DNA of 62,839 nucleotides, the filler included, from Choristocarpus tenellus KU-1152 (lineage: Eukaryota > Protista > Phaeophyceae), in the NCBI GenBank assembly GCA_964200185.2. It is 7 parts of 7 records of this genome, joined end to end, with 100 filler letters (N's around TTAATTAATTAA, not from the genome) between each part and the next. Parts side by side here need not be neighbours in the genome. Positions count along the whole stretch, not along the records: positions 23,693 to 34,947 come from CAXNAD020002422.1; positions 35,048 to 52,898 come from CAXNAD020000620.1; 5 more parts are not named here. The stretch is one strand, 5' to 3'. Each line of letters opens with the position of its first letter. Positions within the stretch are counted from its first letter, which is position 1. The notes beneath the pieces were generated by a model that saw nothing but the letters and a program-made list of their open reading frames with translations, searched no databases and was not told where the DNA came from. This document shows positions 23,900 through 35,293 of the stretch, piece by piece. The position numbers and the translations under genes are program-made.

Positions 23900-24791
23900 G
23901 GCAGTGCGCAAGAGAGATCCCAAACTGCTAAGAAGAAACCTTCAAGGACAAGCAAGGCATCACCAGCATAGACAAAGCGCGTGCGGTTTGAGATGTTAGA
24001 CGGATCGCGGAACAGGGTTCTGCTGCTATTGTGTCGGCTGTACTTGAACTAAAGAAGGCGACTGCTGAATTTCTGAGACTAATGTCACGAAACAAGTCGA
24101 GGTAGAGATCGAGTTGAGCCAGTGAAAACAGAGGCGCTGAGGACAAAGTCAAGCAAGCCCTCACGTATTGAAGGCTACTGTGATGACAGAGGAAGAAAAG
24201 TAGTCAATGACTATTGCCACTGCATTGCGTTGTGAGGAAGATGAGAGGCGAAAGAATGTAGCTGATGAGAACAGCGAGACTGAGGTCCATGCTAATATCG
24301 CGAAAAAATCGTCTATGCTGAGGGATGCCACCAGTGCCAAAAGAAGAGATCACAACGTTTAAAGGTGGACCTTGAAAGTTGAGGGAGAAACAAGACCAGA
24401 AAGAACTCGAAGAGAGAAGGACGAGCGCGCCTCCACAGTTGCGTGGATGGCTAAGTAGAGTATGTGTGGAACGCATCCAAAATGCACGGGTAGCACCTCA
24501 GGACTCACCTGCTTGGTGTTTTCTACCTTTAGTTCTGTTTGCAGTTTTGATTCACCAAACTCCTGCACTTTGTTCTCTTTTTTTTTCAGGGCTTTTCATT
24601 GGACTGGGCAGTTAGCATGTCCACTGATGGCCATATGGTTACAGGTCGGTCTGTGGTCTGGGCATGTTGAAACGGTCAATGGCCATGGACCCCGTCATGT
24701 TCGAACTTGGTTATACATGGCTGTTGGAGTCCCCACTCATGTCGAGTAAGTGATGGTCAAAAAATCGGTCATGTTAGAACATTTTATCTAT
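23900..24791 (-). mobile_element. Decayed hAT-like transposase fragment with subterminal repeats
   Basis: VHFGCVPHILYLAI resembles the hAT CxxH motif (C.AH.LNL); CATGTT(C/A)GAAC-type repeats at 24660-24780. Confidence 0.4.
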
Positions 24792-25557
24792 GGGTGGTAA
24801 GGTATTATTTTTTTCACCCAGACCCCACCATATGTCGTTCCTACTATTTTAACCTTTTCGTTCCCTTGAATATTGTATCTTAATTTCCAAATTTCTACAA
24901 CTGTTTACGTAGAATATATGTATTATATATGTTATAAATAGTGATATTTCTATACTTTTCATATTTCTCATAAGGCAACGTCCAATCAGTCGTGGGGGGT
25001 GTTCAGAATCACCAGCTGTGTCATGGTGGGGGGTGCTTTCAGCAAACCCAAAGCTCTCTCAGCCATCAAATCTTAGGAGAAGTTTGAATGGAGTCTCATT
25101 TAGTCTGAGAATTCTCAAGAGTCACTGTATTCGATGTTAATGGGAACATCACCAATGACAAGGAAATGTTCTGCAACGCACTTCTTGTGTGTGCGGGCGG
25201 ATGTGGATTGGACCGAGATCAGCTCCCTAAGGGACCTATCCGTCACATTACCCCCCCCCCAGTGTGGGCTCTGTCTGCACACGAGAAAAAAAAATGTCTG
25301 ACCAGGACATCATGGCAGACAGTCCCAAGGGAGAAAATAAAATATCCTTTGGGTATCCCAAGAATGTTTATTGAGCCAATTTGTAGGAATTCCTTGAAAG
25401 GTTGTCTTCAACAGGGTTAAAACCCCAAAGTTGATGGTGGAAAACACCTTGTTGTGCCTTTAATCACCCAAGGGTTATGAAGATAACACCCCAGGAATTT
25501 TGGTTACCAAAAAAAGTGCTTGGGTCATTGTGTTGAAGCTACAGTGCCTCAGCTAGT

Positions 25558-25815
25558 GAGTGGAAGTGTCTTAGACAGTATGAGTTTTGCCCTGTTTGTC
25601 CAATTGGGGTTTGGCTTCCCATGGGGTTCTTTATGACATTTTTCTACTCCAAAATGTTCAGGAGTAAGTAAAATGTGTATGACATGAAAGGTGTGTCCAG
25701 AACATGGATATTTACACTTCCTAACAAACACGATAGCCAAAATTACATCAAAGTCACGACCTTGGATTTTGACCCCCAAATGGACGCGGCTCTACCCTCT
25801 AAGATATTTTGGCTC
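25558..25815. mobile_element. MITE family A, full copy with 4-bp TSD (TAGT)
   Basis: Collinear with 1561-1819; termini GAG...CTC; TAGT flanks both ends. Confidence 0.88.
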
Positions 25816-26009
25816 TAGTGTAATTATGAATGTAAATGATTTTCCCCCGTTCTTGGTTGTGGGTTGTGCTAGGCTACAACAGATGTCTCAAGAGGAACTA
25901 TGCTGAGGTGGAGGGTTTTGAAGCAATTGGATCTGTGATTACCTTTGTAGGTGGATCATTACCTTGAATTTTTCTTTGCGACCCTGAAAGCGAATGGCAA
26001 TATATCCTG

Positions 26010-26812
26010 TGTCAGGAAAGCATTGTCCACTTTCATTCTCAGGAATCTGTATACTGTCTAATCCTTTTGGTTTGAACTGAAAACTGGATTTATCACCTTC
26101 AACTATTATAGTTAATAATCCTTATATCGGGAGTTCTGGAGTGATGGGGTCCAGTTTTCTTCCAGTTACAATCTAGTGAACTATATGGAGCAGAAACTGT
26201 GTGCCCGCCTACGAGGAAGACAACCATCCCCCACTGAGTGAGCTCAAAACAAAATCTTAATTGCTTAAGAGGCAAATCATTCAGAGGGTCAAGGGATCCC
26301 AGCAGTTTCCTGCTTAAGATATAAACGACCATCCCGAGTATTCACATCAATTACTTTTTTTGCGGGTGTGGTGAAAGCAACCTCTTGGAGATGAAAAAAG
26401 AGGTGCATGGGGATCTTCTTCCGTTCGAAACTCAACAAAAAAAGGGATTGCTAAGAATATACTTTTTTTCATGTGAAAAAGATTATTCTGTAGGAGAAAC
26501 ATTGAGTTGTTGAACTATTATGATTCGATAAAGGGATAATTGAGAGGAAAGCTTTCTGTTGAGTAATCGTGATAATATTATCTGGTTGTTATAGTACAAC
26601 ACAGAGATTGAGTGACGTGTTAAGTGAGTGACGTGTTATTTGAATATGAATGGTAAGGTAACAACCCCCTTTGAGCTTTTAAGTTCACTCTCCTTCTATA
26701 TACCTTCCTTACTTCATGCACAACCTGTTCTGCATAATAAGGAATTAATCGAGTCATTTACACACACAAATCTTGGGAACACCATTTTCTTTAACAGGGA
26801 TAATCCCTGACA
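26010..26812 (-). repeat. Putative 3' LTR of the Gypsy element
   Basis: Bounded by TGTCAGG...CCTGACA inverted termini, preceded on the minus strand by a short G-tract, and downstream of the integrase. Confidence 0.5.
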
Positions 26813-29391
26813 ACCCCATACATGCGTATGGACCCATCAAAATATGTGTGGTTTAAAAAATATGTGTGCACTTGGTAAGGAAAAAATGCCAACGACCTAG
26901 CTACTAGCGGGTAAATCGTTCATGAGGTTGAATGGAAAAAGGATTCAAACCTTAATCTCTACTTCTTTTGTGGAATCTGATGTTGTGTCAGCCCGGCAAC
27001 CCACTTTGTGAGCAGTAGATGTAGTCACAGGGACATCACCCTCAGGGTCTGAAGAAAGAGCAGATTGAAAGTTCTCGACAACAATTGCGGCAATTGATTG
27101 AGTCAGATGTGTTTGTGGAGAGTGTGATGTTTCTTTGGTTGTTGTTGCAGACGGTGGTGGAGAAGATTGATAAGAATCTGGCGTCGATATAACTTGGTCA
27201 TAGGGAGATTTTGAAGATTTTGTCATCAGTAAACTTTGTTCAAGCGAAACATCCAGTTTGTGTCGGAATCTGTATGCTTCAATCATCTTTGTACACTGAG
27301 GAAGTTATTTTGCTTCCCGCCAGGCATCACCAGCTGCAGCAAGACCTCTAAATCTAAGCCAATAGGAAAAATTATGTTAGGGATTTACGACCCACTTCAG
27401 GTTCATGGTCTGCAATACCCTCAACAAAGTATGACCCTAAAGCTGGTTGAACGCTCAAACTCTCCATGGGGACAGTAACTTGGGGTTAGGAGCATCTGCG
27501 GAAGTGTGGGGGTTGTGTAGCCACACCTTAGCACCAACTTCATAAATAGGAATGGTGTGTTCAGTGACCTTGGACTCGTTGCGCAGAGTCATTTCACCAA
27601 TATTCTGCCTAGCCAGTTCATACGCCAGATGAAAATTATCCACCGTTTGTTTGCTATACTCTTGGGTAGAAATAGGCAGAGCCTCTGGTTCTCCCAAAAT
27701 TTTATCGATTGGTAATGTGGGACGTCTCCCAAACATTTAATAAAAGGGTGTTTCTTGTATAGTGGTATAATAATCGGTACTGAGAGTCAGTTGCACAAAA
27801 GGCGATAATGACGCCTAATCCGATTTCATATTGGAATACATAGCGTGCCATGCATTGTTTCATGAATCATTTCAAGAATGCTGAAGCGTTGAGGTCGATA
27901 CGGTGTTGTTTTTATTTTCTTGTATCCATATATCTTTTGAAGCTCCAGGATAAGTTATTTCTAAATTCCATGCCCTGGTCTGAGTGCAAGGCTTCTGGGG
28001 CGCCAAAAATAGAAAGCAGTTTATTTTCAAATTCCTTACCCTGGTCTGAGTTTAAGGTTTCTGGAGCACCAAAAATAGAACGCACTTGTGGTGATAACGC
28101 TTTGCTACAGTTGCCTCCCGTTTGTCAGGGATAGTACTGAGCAAAGCAGACCTTGTTAAATGGTCGACCACAGACAAGACGGAACTATTTTTTTCTGATC
28201 GTGTTTAGTACTTTTTCCAAATCAATTGCAGCCCTCTGAAACGGATGTGTTACTGGCGTATGCCCTGGAGGGTTTGATAGGTTAGAAGAAGGTTTCTTCA
28301 GCTTTGGCATGATTGACATGTTTCACACCAAGTTCAGACATCTTTACGTAAAGTGGGCCACCAAAAGCAGTTGCGAATCCAGTCAAAAGAGTGCTTGAAT
28401 GCAAGGTGTCCTGAGACCTTGTGATCATGAAGTGCATGGGGTATTAAACCTTGTACCTCAGAGGGTACCACTAATTGATCTCGGAATTTAGTATCCTTTC
28501 TAAGCTCGCAGTGTTGATACGACTTGTGTAACATCTGTTTGCCTTCCATTTCTTGTGTGAAAAAGTATGACATGGTATACATTGTTTCGTTCTTTGGTAA
28601 TATGACTTTTTTCTGAATTAGCAAAATATTTGAAACAGTCCCCATATTGAGCTTGTTGAACTTTGAATAGTACTTCAGGATCCACAGTGGGGAAAAGGTT
28701 AACGGCGGTAGTGAAAATTTCCGTATCGTTTTGTACTCGGGTAATTTCACCTAGTTTCTCTACTGATAGATCATATGCAGGGTAACCTTTAGGTGTGGAG
28801 ATATCCGACTCTGTTTGACCTATATTGCCGCACAGTGGGGCTAGTGGAAGTGGTGTTTCATCCAACGTAAATTCCTCTGACTGTATCCAACATGAAATAT
28901 CCGGAATGTAATGCAAACGTCCAGGTTTATGTAGAACTTCGAAGTCAAAGGCTTCTAAGGCTAACGCCCACCGAGTCAACATATTGGAAGCATCTTACGT
29001 TGTATGTAACCAATGTAATGCCGATATGATCACTTGCAACGGAAAAGTTCTTACCCGGAAGGACGCAATTGTGTTATGACAAGGATGATGACCAGACTTT
29101 CTTTCTGAGTCGCCGAATATTGTCTTTGGGTTGTCTTAAAAAGGGCATTATGGTAGGCTACAATTTGGAAAGTATCTTCCTCGTTTTTTTGTGCCAAAAA
29201 AGGTTCCCATACCAACATCACTAGCGTCTACGAGAATAAAATTTCCTGAGGAAAATCTGTAAAGCTTAACACTGGCACCGTAGTTAATAGACGTTTATAC
29301 TCAACAAAATAATTTTGTTGTGATCGTCCCCATAGTTGAGATGGACTTTTGTCTCTTCCAGATTTTTTTGTACTTTTCTTGTGACACCAAG

Positions 29392-29565
29392 GGCTCGAAG
29401 TATCTGGGAGGGGGTGGTGGTTGTCCTTTAAGGGACCATCTTTCATATCGCAATCTTTGTATGATTTGGTTGCATACGTCGGATGGATAGTGTAAGAGCA
29501 CTTTACCTCGTTATGACCCAAATGGACACCCTGGTGCAGAACCCCCCCCCCAGATACTTTTGGTC
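29392..29565. mobile_element. MITE family B (about 175 bp) inserted in Gypsy pol, 4-bp TSD (CAAG)
   Basis: TIRs GGCTCGAAGTATCTGGG ... CCCAGATACTTTTGGTC; CAAG on both sides. Confidence 0.88.
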
Positions 29566-29960
29566 CAAGTGTTCAGTTATTGTATTCAAATGAGGAGGGT
29601 AGTTCCTAACAAAGTTCATGGAACCTAGAAAGGATTATAATTCTTTCACAGATATAGAGGGCTTCAGAGCGGTAATAGCCTGTATTCGATCTGGTGATAC
29701 AGCAATACCACTGGGGCTGACTTCATGTACCAAATAATGAATTGTTTTTGAGCCGACTTGGGCCTTAGGTGATTTAAGGATAACTCCTACTTGCTGCAGT
29801 AACGACAATACGCTCACAAGATGTTGAATATGATGGTTCCACGTTAAGGACTAGTACAATGCCATCAAGAAAGATCAGTAAGCCCATAATCGGTCCTAGA
29901 GTCGAAAATGTTTCCAACATGAAGCATTGATATATCCATGGTGCGTTAGCTACACCAAGG

Positions 29961-30475
29961 TAACCCCTATGTCTACCGAGCAGATAGTCAGCTGACTATC
30001 TGCTCGGTAGAAACAGGGAGTCATTAATGTACTAACAAACGCTGACTCTCTCCTCGGTAGACAGGGGTTTACAAATGCTATAACAAACACACTGTCATGG
30101 GTTCGAACCCTGGCATGTTCACATGACTGACTTCCCCCTCGGTAGACGCAGGGTTAACTACTGTTCTAACAAACGCTACTGTCATAGGATCGAATCCCGG
30201 CATGGATATATGGTTACACATCCATCCAAAGGCTAGACACGCCGCCAGGAAACACAACCTCACATTGGTAACTGCCCCGCCGAAGTTGGTCACTGATTAG
30301 AGGGATAGCAACCCTCGGGCGAAACCTCATTAAGTCTAACAGCTTGCAATCCCCGGGATTGGCTTTTGTTAGAACACTATTAAACCCTTCTGTCACACTA
30401 ACACTGTCTGCGAACACGACTAAACTCCTCTGTCTCACCGAGGAGAGAGTCAGTTTAGAAGTGTTCTAACACTTG
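29961..30475. repeat. Structured non-coding insertion with a perfect 40-bp palindrome and direct/inverted sub-repeats, interrupting the Gypsy RT
   Basis: TCTACCGAGCAGATAGTCAG|CTGACTATCTGCTCGGTAGA (29972-30011). CTGACT..CCTCGGTAGAC recurs at about 30042 and 30127 and inverted at 30430-30453. Two GG(T/A)TCGAA(C/T)CC B-box-like motifs. Confidence 0.75.
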
Positions 30476-33439
30476 CAGGCGTCGGTAATGGGTAGTTGCC
30501 AGTAAGCTCACTGAACGTCGAGACATGATAGGTATTTTGCTCCCCCTAATGTACCCAAACCATCTTCAATGTATAGTAACGGCCAGGAATTGCGTACCAA
30601 TTTTTTGTTCAATGAGAGTCTAAAGTCTACACAGAATCGAGGAGATCCGTCAGGTTTTGTAACTATGGTTACTGTTGTCGCCCAATGACTTGAGGAGGGT
30701 TGCATTATTCCCTGATTTTCCATGTCTTCCACAAACCACGGATTGTTTCGCGTATTTTCGGTGCGGTTTGATATGGTGGACGATTCACAGGAACTGTACC
30801 TGGTTTAAGTGGAAACTCAATACTGGTATTATTGCAACAGCCTAGTTCCTCAGAAGTGAGTGAATATGCAAGGCAACGTTTAGCTACAAGGTCAAGTAGT
30901 TCTTCTTGGTCGTTATCAGAGAACAATGTATCTACCGGGGCTGTTATACCGAAAACTTCTTTCAACTCATCACGGGCTTGTTTAAGCTCCTTTGGAGTGC
31001 TCGGTGTAGCCGCTATGGTACTGGTCTGAGCTTCAGGAAGGGTGCGAATTGATACACTGTTGATATACGATCCATAACAAATTGAGGAGGAATCTTTACA
31101 TCATGATTAGAAGGGTTGGCCATTTTTACTAGACAAGATCCATCCTCTTCCCAAACAACTAAAGATCAACTGTCCATGACATCTTTCCATGGAGAGTGGT
31201 GGTGTTCCTGGCAGATGAAGTCCATGATCGCCTTAACAATGGGCTCCACTACAGCATCTTTGGTTGATTCAGGTAAAGCCTGAGGACACAATGAAACAAT
31301 GTTTTCGGTTCCCATGGTAAATATGTTTTTTTTGTCTTACATGTATAGGTATAGTAAACATAGTTGATACTGTAGCCAGCCATGTCTGTTGAAAAGGTAT
31401 GAACAGTATTTTCGCTGATGGGTGGTGGATTAGCAATGGGTATATAGTGGTACCAGTAGATAATGTCCCTGGGGTTGGCCGATCATAACTTTTGATGTAA
31501 AAATAGGATTTAAAAAAAAAATGAATATTCGTGATGCCCGTCACAAGGCCCTCCAGAGTAGCTCTTCGTATATTATATTTTTTGATTGTACGTAAATGCT
31601 CTCATACTGGGTTTCGAACCCTGGATCGTAGGTCACCAAGAGAGGCAACAGAAGTACTATTACTTGATTGAAGTAAACCAACGTTTAGGATGTTTTGGCA
31701 CACTATTACTTGGCTTAAGTACGTTTTATTATTGTAACCGTACGCCTTTTCTACGTGTGACATACACAGCGTGTGGGACGTCAAACGAAAGACGGAACCG
31801 TGTTTTGACAAGCTGTAACGACGAGCACAGGGTGCATCCACGGTACAAGCGGGTGGTGAGATGAACAAATTTGATTTATTTTCCTGGCAGACCCAAAACT
31901 TCTCTCAAGGTGTGTTACGCATGCTGAAGACGACAACCCTAACCCTAACCCTAACCCCAAGTTGAAGAAGACAACAGCAACTTGGTTGGGCGGGAAAAAA
32001 CGTCAGCCAAACGAATGACCCAGAGAATGAATGCAAAACGCAAATTTAACTCTTGTCTCCATCTGCCACCAGGAATTCCGAAGATGCCGGGCCCCTATGA
32101 GACTTGCACTTATTGTACTCCTTGACGGCTTGTGGTCGAGTGGCAGCCATCTTGAAGTAGACAAGATGGTGCGTGTATGGCTTCACGCAGAACTTCTGCT
32201 GGAGTTTGCAATACTTGTGTACGAGAGGTGTGCAAATAGTCTAACCCTGGCGTCCTCATTGATGGCTACCTCCACCTCCTTCATGACCTCTTCTAAGTAA
32301 AGTATTTGGCAGCAGTGAAAAGTCTCCACAGCTGCCTTTGCTACGATCGCATTCTCCTCTGCCTTGCGAGCCCTTTCGACCTTCTTTTGGGCTTAAAAGC
32401 CCTTGTACCCCAACCCCAACACCTTCTTGTTTCCTTAAGCCACTCCGGCTTGCATAGCTTCCAAACAGCTAAGACTTCCTGTAACTGTCGACTACTAAGA
32501 TATTCCACACCCGGCTTTCGCTTAGGCGTTTCCTGAGCGCAATGGCACGCAGTTGCACTGCTCTCCTCTCCAACCTTCCCTTTGGTCGGCCACCCTGGTT
32601 CTGCCTTCACCCACCTTGACCAGGCTTCCCCACAGACTTCGTCCCTGTACCTCCTGACTTGCCACTCTCTTCCTGCTTTCCTGAGGCGGCAGAGACTGTG
32701 GAGCACTGCTCCACAGTGGTTGAAGCTCCAACCACATTTATGTGGCAATGCTTTCCATGCATCTCCTCTCAGTGTCAGTGTCGCGGCTGCATGGTTCATT
32801 GCCCGATTTGATCATGCTGCTGCGCCACAGTACACGCACTTTCTCGTCACCTAACATCGCACTGAGTGTCATATGGTACTTGGTTTTCTGACGCCCCTCG
32901 ACAGAGAAGGTGCCGAGGGTAGACCCTCCTTCTCTCACCGCCGTAGTTAATGTTGCTGTGTGGGTCACCTATGTGTGTGCTCACAGCCTTCTGCAAATGG
33001 TGCTAAAAAGATGTTTGCAAATCTTACTTCTTTTTTTTCGGTATTGCCACACCCACCATACTTGATCAACTACCTAATCTTCAGATTTTTGCGGGGAGTT
33101 CAGCCAACCACTTCATGTTTGTACCTTTGAATTTCAAACCGTCAAAGTTGCGTCGGAAGTGTTCCTGATGATTTCATAGAGGAATAATCCAATCGAAGCG
33201 ACCAATAGGAATTTGTGTTTGCCAACCAAAATGCTACAAAAGCTGCACTATACAAGGTCAAGACGCACAATGGTTTGGTAACATGTCAGATGCGCGTGCC
33301 ATGTTTGTTTGCCTGTCACACCTTTTTGCTACCTCAGCTGAAACCCCGATTGTTAAGCAGGAACTAGGACTACCTCACCAGAACAGGACGTCCATGCATG
33401 ATGAGGTATCAAGTCAAACTTCACTGCCACACCAAGAAG

Positions 33440-33720
33440 AGGTCAACAGTGTACTGGCAACCCTCGCACAGATGCTTCAACCAGTTTAAACCCAGAAATC
33501 CTCGCCCGCTGTCTGTGCTGCTGTAAACAAACAACCTGCTTCGGTTCCTGCGAAATACGGACCTTGTTCATTCCAAAAAGCAATGCATTTAAACCCGTTC
33601 GACTAGTCACATCCGTTCCCCAGGCTGTGCTTCGATCCCCACTTGTTTTAGCCATAGACAGGGCGAGCGATATAAGTCGACACAATTCGGGCAAAGACCT
33701 ACCTCCATCACTCAATCCAC
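33440..33720 (-). mobile_element. Possible hAT C-terminal dimerisation-domain relic
   Basis: LPELCRLISLALSMAKTSGD...SRTGLNALLF resembles FP.L..LA...L..P.TSA...R.....L.AL. Confidence 0.3.
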
Positions 33721-34947
33721 TGAGGAATGTCCAGGGAAGGGTCGAAATAGAAGGAAGCTAACATGGGCTACCGCAGACTGCTCTTTCGTCACGGGGTGCC
33801 CATTAACCATGTTGAAGATGGTTTGAATTTGCTGGTCACCTTCGGGTGGCGTTTCTTGTTTTTCCATCTCTTCTTTGATAGTAAGTTTCATTTTGCACAT
33901 ACTGATTTTCGTAGTGGATTTTCTTATCGCCGTTAGAACAAATACCATAATGAATTTCACTTTGTGCAAACACTCTAATAAACTTGTGTATGCATATGGA
34001 TGTGAATTGGACTGAGATCAGGTATTGAAGGGACCTGTCCGTCACATATTGATATAATTAGAATATTAGAATTGTAAATTGTGTAACATGCAATGGACAT
34101 GGTCCGGAAATACCCGAAAAATATTCCCTCATGGAGTCCATGGTCCCGCATGCAAGGCAAAAAATTAGACTGTCTACCTTGTGAATATGGAGCAGTACGA
34201 TACCCTGCCTTCCCTGCTTACCCTGTGGATACGGACGAGGACATCTTAAATAACTGTGGAACCAGTCCCGACATGGACTAGTACAATACTTAGTAGTGGA
34301 GATGGAGTGTCGTGTAAAATAATTGTGGGAGTGGTCCTGTCAGTAGAAATTATTTTTTTGTTTGTTGAATCAGTGAAAAGCATGGCATTTTGAAAAGTTG
34401 GAGTCAAGGATGAGGTGTTCACCAAAGAAATGATCTAAAAAAAACAGCAATAAATGATTCTTATTCCATTCTAATAGAGAACTTATGTATAATACGATAA
34501 GGAATATTATTGTGGATTTGAATTTGTTCATTATTATACATATTATTTTACCCTATAGTTAGTGTACCTGTATAAGAGAGGGCAGGGACAAGCGAAAAAC
34601 TCCTCTCTCGTATCCCGATCCTCTCTTATTGTATATAAGAGAAATTTCTCCCAAACCGAGGGATCGTGATAAGAGAAACCTATGCTATATCGAGAACGGT
34701 CCTCGTAGGCACTTTATGCGCAAATTTACCTTGGGAGGCAATGCTATTTGTCAGTAGTGAAAGACAAGAAGGTACGAACCTCTTTTTTGCTGAACGTGAT
34801 TACATGGTTGAAATTAGAAGAATGACCTTCGTGGGGTGTCTTCTTATTGCTTGTTTATTATTTAATTGTGCTTCCTATCTAAGTCAACGGTTATGTCAAA
34901 GTAGTGGAATGCGGAATAAATACCAACACATAATCCCATACATAATC

Positions 34948-35047
34948 NNNNNNNNNNNNNNNNNNNNNNNNNNNNNNNNNNNNNNNNNNNNTTAATTAAT
35001 TAANNNNNNNNNNNNNNNNNNNNNNNNNNNNNNNNNNNNNNNNNNNN
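34948..35047. other. Artificial contig-joining linker
   Basis: N44-TTAATTAATTAA-N44. Confidence 0.97.
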
Positions 35048-35215
35048 GGGGGGGGGGGGGGGGAGTCTACTCAATGGTGTTCATTAGGGTCAAAATCTGG
35101 AAAAGTGCATTTACAGTAACCATCCGTCGTATGCGACCAAATCACACAAGAATCGCGACATGAAAAAATTGACCCCAAAAGGACAGCCGCCACTCCCTCA
35201 CAGAAACTTTGAGCT
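35048..35215. mobile_element. MITE family B copy, truncated at its G-run by the contig start
   Basis: Collinear with 58228-58406; ends CAGAAACTTTGAGC. Confidence 0.8.
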
Positions 35216-35293
35216 CTACCTCAGAGAATTAAAAACGAGCACTTAGTTGAGAGAGGTAGATGAACATGGGATATCAGGGATACGTTTTCTTGC

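Larger units (their letters stand above)
26813..31300 (-). mobile_element. Decayed Ty3/Gypsy LTR retrotransposon pol (RT-RNaseH-integrase) with nested insertions
   Basis: RT: SSSHWATTVTIVTKPDGSPRFCVDFR, GAKYLSCLDV, GVANAP. RNase H end: LTRWALALEAFDFEVLHKPG. Integrase: HDHKVSGHL..WWPTLRKDV, FGRRPTLP, KLLSPWR. Many stops and frameshifts; domain order is Gypsy-type. Confidence 0.9.

Noticed and set aside
30290-30345. Hammerhead ribozyme (CTGA...GAAAC...GTC)
   Set aside because: The core reads CTGATTA rather than CTGATGA, extra bases separate stem II from GAAA, and stem I does not pair across the putative cleavage site. Kept only as part of the structured-insert finding.
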